Shown here: positions 1 through 8,414 of the stretch, one piece after another
How positions within the stretch are numbered: the stretch's first letter is position 1
Layout of the letters: each line of letters starts with the position of its first letter
DNA from: Gemmatimonadota bacterium
Lineage (GTDB): Bacteria; Gemmatimonadota; Gemmatimonadetes; Palauibacterales; Palauibacteraceae
DNA: 64,000 nt
Direction: 5' to 3'
NCBI GenBank assembly: GCA_039586095.1
Contig: JBDHLB010000003.1
Span: 66,945-130,944, forward strand
Notes under the pieces: generated by a model
Told to the model about the DNA's origin: nothing
Seen by the model: only the letters and a program-made list of their open reading frames with translations
The model's database searches: none
Made by a program: the position numbers and the translations under genes

Positions 1-782
1 TGGGGGAAGGACGTGCCGAGGTCCAGGTTCTCATCGACGGCACGAACTCGAACATCGCATCGGTTGCCCAGGGATATGTGGAGCGGATCGTCCAGAGCTA
101 CGGGCTCCGCGCCTCCTCGTTGCGGGTGATACTGCCCGTGGACATGCGGGAGAGGGCGTGGTTCAACCCCGACCTGGTGAGCCAGAACTACAACGTCCCG
201 GCCGTTGCAGGGATCCTGATCCTGCTGGTGTGTCTGCTCCTCACGTCGCTTGCCGTGGTGAGGGAGCGGGAGATCGGCACTCTGGAGCAGCTCAAGGTGA
301 GTCCCCTGAACCCCTTCGAGCTGATCGTGGGCAAGACGATTCCGTTCGGGATCATCGGGGTGATCGATCTGGTGCTGGTCACGGCTGTGGCGCTGCTGTG
401 GTTCCAGGTCCCGTTCCGGGGCAGCTTCCTGTTGCTGTTCGTGGCCAGCCTGCTCTACATCGGCTGCGGGCTCGGGCTGGGGCTTCTGCTGTCGACCGTA
501 TCGAAGACGCAGCAGGAGGCCTTCATGGGAAGCTTCCTGGTGCTGATGCCGACGATGGTCCTCTCCGGCTTTCTCTTCCCGGTGAGCAGCATGCCCACCT
601 CCTTCCAGTACCTGACGCTGCTGAACCCGGTGCGACATTATCTGGAGATCGTGCGCGACATTTTTCTGAAGGGCGTCGGATTCGAGCCGATGTGGCCGAA
701 TTTCGTGGCGCTGCTGTTGCTGGGCGTGGCCCTGCTGGGCTTCGCGACACTGCGCTTCCGACGCACGGCGGTGGAAGAGTAG
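1..782 (+). CDS. ABC-2 type transporter permease, C-terminal part (5' end outside window)
   Basis: The frame is open from nt 3 (GEGRAEVQVLIDGTNSNIASVAQGYVERIVQSY...). EREIGTLEQLKVSPL is followed by about 5 hydrophobic helices, the typical ABC-2/YadH-like layout. Confidence 0.75.
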   Translation, partial: GEGRAEVQVLIDGTNSNIASVAQGYVERIVQSYGLRASSLRVILPVDMRERAWFNPDLVSQNYNVPAVAGILILLVCLLLTSLAVVREREIGTLEQLKVSPLNPFELIVGKTIPFGIIGVIDLVLVTAVALLWFQVPFRGSFLLLFVASLLYIGCGLGLGLLLSTVSKTQQEAFMGSFLVLMPTMVLSGFLFPVSSMPTSFQYLTLLNPVRHYLEIVRDIFLKGVGFEPMWPNFVALLLLGVALLGFATLRFRRTAVEE

Positions 783-786
783 CGAC

Positions 787-1776
787 ATGGGGGATCCAAT
801 GAGGCCTGATCACCAACGCTTCCTGCTGTTGTTCGCTGCCATCGTCATCGCGGCGTGGGGCGTGCTCGGCTTCTTCGACAGGCTGCACATCGGACGCGGC
901 GGCTTCACGTACAGTCCCGCCTACGTCATCAATTACGTCGCCCCGGAGGGACCGGGCGAACGGGCCGGGCTCCGGGTCGGGGACCGGGTGGTCACCGTGG
1001 CGGGGATTCCAGTCGCGGAACTCCCGCTTTACTCACGCTGGCCCCGCGCGCTGGTGCCCGGGGTCGGCGAGTCGCTGACGCTTGCCGTTGAGCGCGAGGG
1101 CCAACCCCTGTCGTTCGACGTGATGTACGAAGGGACGCCGCCCAGCGTCGTGAACCTGCGGATCGGCGCCGGTCTCATAGGGCTCTCGTTCATGGTGTGC
1201 GGGCTGTGGGCCCTGTTTGCCGTCGGAACGACGCACGCGCGAACCCTGGCCTACATCGGTCTGGCGGCCGGCGTGGCGACCGTGGGACACGGACCCTTCC
1301 TGGGCACCTGGGAGGGGGTGGCTTCGCACATCCAGTTCGCCGCCACGTTCCTGCTGATCCTGCTCGTGCTTCGCTTCTTCATCTTCTTTCCGAAGCCGAA
1401 ACGACTGGCCAAGAATCAGATCTTCGCCGGGGCGACATTCGGCGTTTGGATGGCGTTTGTCGTCCTCCTCGTCGTGGAGCTGATCGCCCATCCGAGGTTC
1501 TACCACACGTTCGGGCCTGCCGGCTCGCTGGTGATGTTCGCGTACTTCGTGCTTACTCTGCTGATGGTGATTCATACGGTGGCGACGCTTCCGCGAGGCG
1601 AGTTGTGGCCGTCGGGAATGGGCGTAATCCTCCTCGGCCTTGTTGTGGCCATCGTGCCGTCCGTCCTCGCGTTTTTCGGTGTTCGGCTGCCGGGGGCGGC
1701 GTACTTCCCGTCGCTGTTGATCGCGATCCCCCTCACCCTGGCGCTCGGAGTGCGCAAGCACGCCGGGTGGGCGTAA
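787..1776 (+). CDS. PDZ domain-containing integral membrane protein
   Basis: N-terminal TM helix, then a PDZ-like segment (GERAGLRVGDRVVTVAGIPV...LTLAVEREGQPLSF), then about 6 hydrophobic helices. Lies 5 nt after the ABC-2 permease stop. Confidence 0.6.
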   Translation: MGDPMRPDHQRFLLLFAAIVIAAWGVLGFFDRLHIGRGGFTYSPAYVINYVAPEGPGERAGLRVGDRVVTVAGIPVAELPLYSRWPRALVPGVGESLTLAVEREGQPLSFDVMYEGTPPSVVNLRIGAGLIGLSFMVCGLWALFAVGTTHARTLAYIGLAAGVATVGHGPFLGTWEGVASHIQFAATFLLILLVLRFFIFFPKPKRLAKNQIFAGATFGVWMAFVVLLVVELIAHPRFYHTFGPAGSLVMFAYFVLTLLMVIHTVATLPRGELWPSGMGVILLGLVVAIVPSVLAFFGVRLPGAAYFPSLLIAIPLTLALGVRKHAGWA

Positions 1777-1846
1777 ACTGACCCGATTCATCTGCTGACG
1801 TCTTCGGTCCGTCTGATTGGGCCGATCGGAAAACAACGGGAGGTCC

Positions 1847-3709
1847 ATGCCCCGTTTCAAGCAGCTGATTGCCGAGATCCACCGCCGTTCGCTGTGGCAG
1901 GTGTTGGGCATCTACCTGGCCGGCTCGTGGGTCGTGCTGCAGGCCGCCGACACGCTCACGGCCAGCCTGGGTCTGCCCGATTGGGTACCCCGGCTATCCC
2001 TCGTTTTGCTGGTGATCCTGCTTCCGATGGTCGTGGCCACGGCCTTCGTTCAGGAGGGAGTTCCCGGGCGCGAGACAGACGAAGGAAGAGCGAACGAAGG
2101 TCAGCCCGCCGGGCCGGAAGTGCGAGGAGAGCCGTCGGCTGGCCGCGAGCCGACAGGCGATACTGCAGACGCGACTGACGGGGAAGCTGAAGGCGATGGA
2201 GTTCCTCACCGTCTGTTCACGTGGCGCAACGCGCTCCTGCTGGCCACAGCTTTGTTGGCTGCCTGGGGAGCCGCCGCGGCAGGCTGGCTGTTACTGGGAG
2301 GGCCTGCTTCCCCGGAAGGTCCGTCCGCCGGTGAGCGCCCCTCCCTGGCCGTACTGCCCTTCGAGGTCAGGAGCACCGAGGAGGGCAGCGAGTTCTTCGT
2401 CGCCGGGATCCACGACGACCTGCTGACGCAGCTTTCCAAGCTCGGGGGCCTCAAGCTTATCTCTCGCACATCGGTGCTGCGGTATCGCGATTCAGAGAAG
2501 TCCGTGAGGGAGATCGCGGAAGAGCTCGGCGTGGCCGCGGTCCTCGAGGGAGGCGTGCAGCGGGCCGCGGATCGACTGAAGATCAACGTGCAGCTCATCG
2601 ATGCCGAGACGGACGATCATCTGTGGGCGGAGACATACGATCGGGAGCTGACGACTCGAGACCTCTTCGAGGTCCAGAGCGACCTCGCGCGCCAGATCGC
2701 CGCTGCGCTCCAGGCGACGCTCACGCCGGAGGAAAACGCACGCCTGCGGCGGCAGCCGCCACAGAGCCTTGAGGCGTACGACCTGTACGTGGAGGCCCGC
2801 TACTACTGGAACCGCCGCACGCTCGGAGACACGCAACGAGCCCTCGACCTGTTCGAGGAAGCGATCGCGCTGGATTCCACGTACGCGCTGGCCTATGCCG
2901 GTGTGGCCGACGCGCTGATGACGTCGGTGTCGTGGGGTATGGCGACGCTGGAAGAGGTGCGTCGGAGAACGGAGACAAGCCTCGAGCGGGCTCTCGAGCT
3001 GGACCCGCTGCTCGGGGAAGTCCACGCTGCGCGCGGCAACCTTCTCGAGACCCTGCGAGAGTGGCCCGAGGCCGAAGCGGAGTTTCTGCGTGCACTCGAA
3101 CTCGCGCCGGGGTACGCGACCGCGCACCATTGGTACGCCCTCATGTTGGCCAAGCTCGGTCGGTTCGACGAAGCGCTGTCAGAGATTCGCCGGGCCGCCG
3201 AGTTGGACCCACTCTCGCCGATCATCCACACGAACGTGGGTTGGATCCACTATTTCGCGGGCGATTACGAGAGGGCCGTGGACCAGTTGGCACGGGTGAT
3301 CGAGCGAGAGCCGAGCTTCGTCTACCCACGGGTGCTCCTGGCGGACGCGTACGCGGAGCTGGGCAGACAGACGGAGGCGATCGAGTCGGCGGAGGAAGCC
3401 GTGTCACTGGACCCGTTATCCAACTACGAGCTCTGGCTCGCGTACCACTACGCCCGCGCCGGGCGTCTCGACGAGGCGGCGGAGATCGTCCGGGAGGTGG
3501 AGTCACGGGCGCAGTTCTCTGGTGATCCCACCAGGTTCGCTCTGGTGCACCTGGCGGCCGGCAATGTGGATCGTGCTTTCGAGGCGTTGGGTCGCGCGTT
3601 CGACGTCGCCTCGCCGTTCGTCAACGAGCTGAAGGTCGACCCGCGCTACGATCCGCTGCGCGCTGATCCGCGCTTCGCCCAACTCCTCGCGCGCGCGCGA
3701 CTCGATTAG
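1847..3709 (+). CDS. membrane-anchored TolB-N-like / TPR repeat protein
   Basis: ATG at 1847 preceded by GGGAGG. N-terminal FKQLIAEIHRRSLWQVLGIYLAGSWVVLQ helix. SLAVLPFEVRS...GIHDDLLTQLSKLGGLKLISRTS...LEGGVQRAADRLKINVQLIDAETDDHLWAETYDRE module, followed by TPR-like repeats. Same module as the C-terminus of the kinase at 20841-23120. Confidence 0.7.
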   Translation: MPRFKQLIAEIHRRSLWQVLGIYLAGSWVVLQAADTLTASLGLPDWVPRLSLVLLVILLPMVVATAFVQEGVPGRETDEGRANEGQPAGPEVRGEPSAGREPTGDTADATDGEAEGDGVPHRLFTWRNALLLATALLAAWGAAAAGWLLLGGPASPEGPSAGERPSLAVLPFEVRSTEEGSEFFVAGIHDDLLTQLSKLGGLKLISRTSVLRYRDSEKSVREIAEELGVAAVLEGGVQRAADRLKINVQLIDAETDDHLWAETYDRELTTRDLFEVQSDLARQIAAALQATLTPEENARLRRQPPQSLEAYDLYVEARYYWNRRTLGDTQRALDLFEEAIALDSTYALAYAGVADALMTSVSWGMATLEEVRRRTETSLERALELDPLLGEVHAARGNLLETLREWPEAEAEFLRALELAPGYATAHHWYALMLAKLGRFDEALSEIRRAAELDPLSPIIHTNVGWIHYFAGDYERAVDQLARVIEREPSFVYPRVLLADAYAELGRQTEAIESAEEAVSLDPLSNYELWLAYHYARAGRLDEAAEIVREVESRAQFSGDPTRFALVHLAAGNVDRAFEALGRAFDVASPFVNELKVDPRYDPLRADPRFAQLLARARLD

Positions 3710-3763
3710 CGCGGACCAGGCCCACGGCCACCGACGGTCTTCACAGCTCTTGTGGGCATCTGT

Positions 3764-3784
3764 GGTACACCGTATTGGTGTACC
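3764..3784. promoter_or_regulatory. operator-like inverted repeat GGTACACC-gtatt-GGTGTACC abutting the ATG at 3785
   Basis: Perfect 8-bp arms with a 5-nt spacer, read directly from the sequence. It ends 1 nt before the start codon of an ORF whose N-terminus looks HTH-like. Confidence 0.4.
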
Positions 3785-5206
3785 ATGACCAAGGACCGGT
3801 CTCGCCTCAGCCTCACCGTGCGCGACGCCGTCGCGAACGCGCCCGGTACGCTCCGGGCCCTCGCGCGCGAAGCGGGGGTGCCACACACCACGCTGGTGCG
3901 CGTCGGGAAAGGCGAGATCGAAGCGACCCCTGCCCTGGCGGAGAGCCTGGCCAACGTTTTCGAGCGCTGGGGCGAGGTCTGCAAACTGTACGGCTTCCGG
4001 GTGCGCCAGGAACTGTACCGGGCCGAGCGTCAAGGGCAGACGGAGTACTCGGCCCGGCGCGGTGGCCACGCGCCGCCCGCGCTTCGGGACGCCTTCGGCG
4101 CCTGGGCCCAATCCCGCTCTGAGGACCCGGCGGCTGCGAACGATCGAGGGTCGCTCGAGACGTCGCTCGACGTAGCGGGTCGCGCGGTATCGGTGGAGTG
4201 GCTTCTCGGCCAGCTGTGGAACTGCGCGGACGTCGTTCCACCCTCCGAGTGCGACGCGCTTTCGATTCCTCGCGGATCCACGTACGCTCGAGCCGTGCGT
4301 ACGGTGAAGCGATCCGTGAATAAGCGAAGGGCCTCGGCGCATCCAAGGGTGCCAGCAGGAGGCCACCGGGCAGACCCGATCTCCGATGCCGGCGAGACTG
4401 CCCTGGATCCGGTCTTCAGCCCATTCCCCGAGACCTCGATCTCCCGGCCTTCGCTGGCCGAGGGCGAAGTGCACCTGTGGAGCGTGTCGCTGGCGGTCGA
4501 CGACGATGTGGCACGCGCGGTGGAGCGCTGCCTCTCCGACGAGGAGCGCCGGCAGATCGCCCGTCTCCGGTTTGCCCGGCAACGCCGGGCACGTGGGGTC
4601 AGCCGGGGCTTGCTGAGGTACCTTCTTGCAGTCTACGTCGGTCTGCCCGCTGTTGAGCTGCGCTTCCGGGATGGGCCATATGGCAAGCCGGAACTGGTGC
4701 CGTTGGCTGCCGGCACCGAAAGGCGAGGTGAGGGAAACCTGGGCTTCAACCTCTCGCACTCCGCGGACTTGATGCTGATCGCCGTCGCGCCCACCCGCCG
4801 TGTCGGCGTCGACGTCGAGCAAGTTCGCCCGATCGACCAGGGAGAGCGCATCGTCCGCCGGTACTTCTCGGCGCGTGAGCAGGGCTCGATCGCCGGTGCC
4901 CCCGAAGGGCGAGCGACGGAGATCTTCCTCCGAGCCTGGACGCGGAAGGAGGCGGTCGCCAAGGCGATGGGGGAGGGAATCGTCCGCTCGCTGAGCCGTT
5001 TGGAGGTGACCGCCGCGCCCGATGTACCGGCGCGGCTGTTGGCGATCGACGGCGACCAGCGGCGTGCGGCGGACTGGTCTCTCTTCCACCTGAACCCTGC
5101 CGAAGGTTATACGGGCGCCCTGGCGATCGAGGGGCGCACCTGGCGCGTGAGCGCCTGGAACGCCGAGGTGAGCCAGTTCCTTCACGGCGCGAGCGAATCG
5201 ATATGA
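3785..5206 (+). CDS. HTH-like N-terminal region in frame with an Sfp-type 4'-phosphopantetheinyl transferase
   Basis: C-terminal ~245 aa carry PPTase motifs: EVHLWSV, YGKPEL, FNLSHSADLMLIAV, VGVDVEQV, WTRKEAVAKAMGEGI. The N-terminal ~70 aa (LRALAREAGVPHTTLVRVGKGE) are HTH-like. No in-frame stop lies between them. An alternative PPTase-only start is GTG 4469, preceded by GAGGG. Confidence 0.7.
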   Translation: MTKDRSRLSLTVRDAVANAPGTLRALAREAGVPHTTLVRVGKGEIEATPALAESLANVFERWGEVCKLYGFRVRQELYRAERQGQTEYSARRGGHAPPALRDAFGAWAQSRSEDPAAANDRGSLETSLDVAGRAVSVEWLLGQLWNCADVVPPSECDALSIPRGSTYARAVRTVKRSVNKRRASAHPRVPAGGHRADPISDAGETALDPVFSPFPETSISRPSLAEGEVHLWSVSLAVDDDVARAVERCLSDEERRQIARLRFARQRRARGVSRGLLRYLLAVYVGLPAVELRFRDGPYGKPELVPLAAGTERRGEGNLGFNLSHSADLMLIAVAPTRRVGVDVEQVRPIDQGERIVRRYFSAREQGSIAGAPEGRATEIFLRAWTRKEAVAKAMGEGIVRSLSRLEVTAAPDVPARLLAIDGDQRRAADWSLFHLNPAEGYTGALAIEGRTWRVSAWNAEVSQFLHGASESI

Positions 5207-7011
5207 GCGTCCTGCGAAGCGATCTCCGGCCGGGCGTCTACTGCGACTCGATCGTGCTCATGCAGCTCCAGAGTACGCTGGCCGACCTGCCGGGCGTGGA
5301 GGACGCCGGCGCCGTGATGGGGACGGACGACAACCTCGCGCTGCTCAAGGCCAACAAGCTGCTTCCGAAGGCGCTCCCGGCCGCGACCGGTCCCTCCGAT
5401 CTCGTGCTGGTGGTACGGGCCGAGAACGAGGAAGCGGCCACCGCGGCGCTCGGGAGGGTGGACGAGCTGCTGGCTCGCCGTCGCGCCACGGAAACCGGAG
5501 AGTTTCGCCCCCGGACGCTCACCTCGGCCGCCAGGCAACGGCCGGACGCCCGGTGGGTGCTCGTCTCCGTGCCGGGTCGCCACGCGGCGAGGGTCGCCCG
5601 CCAGGCCCTCGACTTGAACCGGCACGTTTTCCTGTTCAGCGACAACGTGCCGTTGGACCAGGAGATCGAGCTGAAGCGATCGGCCCGGGAACGCGGCCTG
5701 CTGGTGATGGGGCCGGACTGCGGCACGGCCATTCTGAACGGTGTCGGCTTCGGCTTCGCGAATCGGGTGCGACGCGGTGGAATCGGCCTGGTAGCGGCCT
5801 CCGGGACGGGGCTTCAGGCGATCTCCACCCATGTGCACGCGGCCGGCGCCGGCGTGTCGCACGCGATCGGGACCGGCGGTCGTGACCTGTCGGCGAAAGT
5901 GGGTGCAATCACTGCCATCCAGGGGCTCGAGCTCCTGTCCCGGGATCCGGAAACGCGAGTGATCGTGCTCGTCTCGAAGCCTCCGGCACCCGAGGTGACC
6001 GGCAAGGTTCTGGCAGTGGCCGGCGCGACCGGCAAGCCCGTCGTGCTCTACTTCCAGGGCGACGCTCCTTCTCTGACCGGAGAAGGCAACCTGCACGTCG
6101 CCACCAGTCTCCGTGAAGCGGGCGAACGGGCGCTGGAGCTACTGGATAACGAGGCGACTGCGCGGGGCGCTTCCGCCCCACCCGTCGTCAGGCTCAAGCC
6201 AATCGCTGACGGGTCCCCATCGTCTCTGTCGGCTGAAGCGGGAGGCGCGGGCGGCTGCCTGCGGGCTCTGTTCGCCGGCGGTACGCTGGCGTCCGAGGCG
6301 GTGCTCATGCTGCGCGATCTGGTGCCGCTCAGATCCAACATCGCAGCCGAACGCGTCGAGCCACTGCCTGAGCCGGGCCGCAGCCTCGGGCACACGATTC
6401 TCGACCTGGGCGCGGATGAGTTCACGGTGGGGCGGCCCCACCCGATGATCGACCATGACTTGCGGATCCGACGGCTCGAGCAGGAGACGGACGACCCCGA
6501 GGTGCGCGTTGTACTGTTGGATGTCGTGCTCGGTGATGGCGCGCATCCCGATCCCGCCAGCGCCTTGGCCCCGGCGATCGAATCGGCTGCGCACAGGCCG
6601 GACCTTGACATCGTGGCGCTGCTCATCGGGACCGACGAAGACCACCAAGACATCGAGATGCAGGCCGACATTCTGTCACGAGCAGGCGCGCACGTGCGAT
6701 ACGATCTCGGAGAAGCGCTCTCTCTCGTGCGCGACACGCTCGGCGCAACTGGCGCCGAAAGCGCCAGGCCCGGGACACAGCCACCACTGAGACGCACCGC
6801 CGCCTGCGAGACGGCACCGCCCACGCCTGCAACCCACCCCGTCGACCTGGCCGACCTGCAGGCGCCCGTGAGCGCGATCAACGTGGGGCTCGAGTCGTTC
6901 TACGAGAGTCTACTCGCTCAGGACGCCAAGGCGATCCACGTCGACTGGAGGCCGCCGGCGGGAGGCGACGAGACGCTGATGGCGATTCTCGACAAGATGC
7001 GGCTGCGATAG
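5203..7011 (+). CDS. fdrA: FdrA family protein (succinyl-CoA-synthetase alpha-like)
   Basis: N-terminus LRPGVYCDSIVLMQLQS...GTDDNLALL, then a CoA-ligase-like core (LVSVPGRHA..., GPDCGTAILNGVGFGFAN, VAASGTGLQA). ATGA overlap with the upstream ORF. Confidence 0.8.
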   Translation: MSVLRSDLRPGVYCDSIVLMQLQSTLADLPGVEDAGAVMGTDDNLALLKANKLLPKALPAATGPSDLVLVVRAENEEAATAALGRVDELLARRRATETGEFRPRTLTSAARQRPDARWVLVSVPGRHAARVARQALDLNRHVFLFSDNVPLDQEIELKRSARERGLLVMGPDCGTAILNGVGFGFANRVRRGGIGLVAASGTGLQAISTHVHAAGAGVSHAIGTGGRDLSAKVGAITAIQGLELLSRDPETRVIVLVSKPPAPEVTGKVLAVAGATGKPVVLYFQGDAPSLTGEGNLHVATSLREAGERALELLDNEATARGASAPPVVRLKPIADGSPSSLSAEAGGAGGCLRALFAGGTLASEAVLMLRDLVPLRSNIAAERVEPLPEPGRSLGHTILDLGADEFTVGRPHPMIDHDLRIRRLEQETDDPEVRVVLLDVVLGDGAHPDPASALAPAIESAAHRPDLDIVALLIGTDEDHQDIEMQADILSRAGAHVRYDLGEALSLVRDTLGATGAESARPGTQPPLRRTAACETAPPTPATHPVDLADLQAPVSAINVGLESFYESLLAQDAKAIHVDWRPPAGGDETLMAILDKMRLR

Positions 7012-7049
7012 GGGCCTAGGCCCCAGCAGCAGTCAGGGAGGAGACACGC

Positions 7050-8291
7050 GTGAACATAGAACAGGCGAATCGCACTGCGGTGGACCGGATGATGGCCGCC
7101 CGGCCGATCCTCACGACCGTCTCCACGGCACTGGACGCCATTCCCGGTATGCACGACCGATTGCTTCTGCACGCCGGCCCACCGATCGAATGGGAACGCG
7201 CCTCCGGCCCGCTGCGCGGAGCGATGATCGGAGCGTTGCTGTTTGAAGGCCTGGCCGAGGATGAGGCGGAAGCCGTCGCCGCGATCGAAGGCGGAGAGAT
7301 CGAATGGGAGCCCTGTCACCACCATCAGGCCGTCGGTCCGATGGCCGGCGTCACCTCGCCTTCCATGGCGGTGTACGTGGTCGAGAACGTGACCGACGGC
7401 AACGTGGCCTTCTCGAACCTGAACGAGGGTTACGGGAAAGTGCTGCGCTATGGTGCATACAGCCCGGATGTGCTGGACCGGCTGCGCTGGATGAACCAGG
7501 TGTTGGCCCCCGTCCTGGCCGACGCGCTGGCCGAGGGCGAGGGGCTCGACCTGCGAGCGTTGCTTGCAGAGGCCCTTCACATGGGTGACGAAGGCCACAA
7601 CCGGAACAAGGCCGGCTCGCTGATTTTTCTGAAACTCCTCGCGCCCCTCATCGCGAAGACGGCGGCCGACAGCACGGTGGAAGCGGAGGTGCTGAGCTTT
7701 TTGGGTGACAACGCGCTCAGCGTGCTCAACCCCGTGATGGCGGCCTGCAAGAGCATGGCGGACGCGGCCCACGGGATAGAAGGAAGCACCGTCGTAACAA
7801 CGATGGCCCGCAACGGGACCGACTTCGGGATTCGGGTGAGCGGCCTCGGCGACCGGTGGTTCACGGCCCCTTCGGCCACCCCCGATGGCCTGTACTTCAC
7901 GGGGTACACGGCGGCCGACGCGAACCCCGACATAGGAGACAGCACGATCACCGAGACAGCCGGGAGCGGCGGCTTTGCCATGGCCTCGGCGCCGGCCATC
8001 GTGAGCTTCGTGAGCGGGACGCCGCAGGACGCGTTACACGCCACGCTCGAGATGTATGAGATCTGCGAGGCCGAGCACGAACACTTCACGATCCCGCCAC
8101 TCGACTTTCGGGGTACGCCGACGGGGATCGACATCCGCAAGGTCGTAGAGCTGGATCTGCCGCCCCGCGTCAACACGGGGATCGCGCACCGCGAGCCCGG
8201 CGTCGGCCAGATTGGCGCGGGCCTGGTACGGCCGCCGATCGAGCTCTTCAGGCAGGCGCTCTTGGCGTACGCGGAGCATTACGGCCCGTGA
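7050..8291 (+). CDS. DUF1116 family protein (YlbE/YahG-like)
   Basis: GTG start preceded by GGGAGGAG. Recognised by overall resemblance to the DUF1116 partners of FdrA (HAGPPIEWERASGPLRGA..., HNRNKAGSLIF...). Lies directly downstream of fdrA. Confidence 0.7.
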   Translation: MNIEQANRTAVDRMMAARPILTTVSTALDAIPGMHDRLLLHAGPPIEWERASGPLRGAMIGALLFEGLAEDEAEAVAAIEGGEIEWEPCHHHQAVGPMAGVTSPSMAVYVVENVTDGNVAFSNLNEGYGKVLRYGAYSPDVLDRLRWMNQVLAPVLADALAEGEGLDLRALLAEALHMGDEGHNRNKAGSLIFLKLLAPLIAKTAADSTVEAEVLSFLGDNALSVLNPVMAACKSMADAAHGIEGSTVVTTMARNGTDFGIRVSGLGDRWFTAPSATPDGLYFTGYTAADANPDIGDSTITETAGSGGFAMASAPAIVSFVSGTPQDALHATLEMYEICEAEHEHFTIPPLDFRGTPTGIDIRKVVELDLPPRVNTGIAHREPGVGQIGAGLVRPPIELFRQALLAYAEHYGP

Positions 8292-8414
8292 TCTGACGGA
8301 TTTCCTGACACCACAGTGCCGGGCGGAGCCCACGTCCAGGCACGGTGTAGCCCCACATCACTCACGATCAAACTCGAGCGGAAACTCCTGCGGGGGAGAG
8401 GGAAACCAGGCAAC

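Noticed and set aside
3503-5185. 560-aa ORF on the minus strand, antisense to the HTH/PPTase gene
   Set aside because: Arg/Pro/Gly-rich composition with no recognisable motifs. It fully overlaps a gene with clear PPTase motifs. This is the typical shadow ORF of high-GC DNA.
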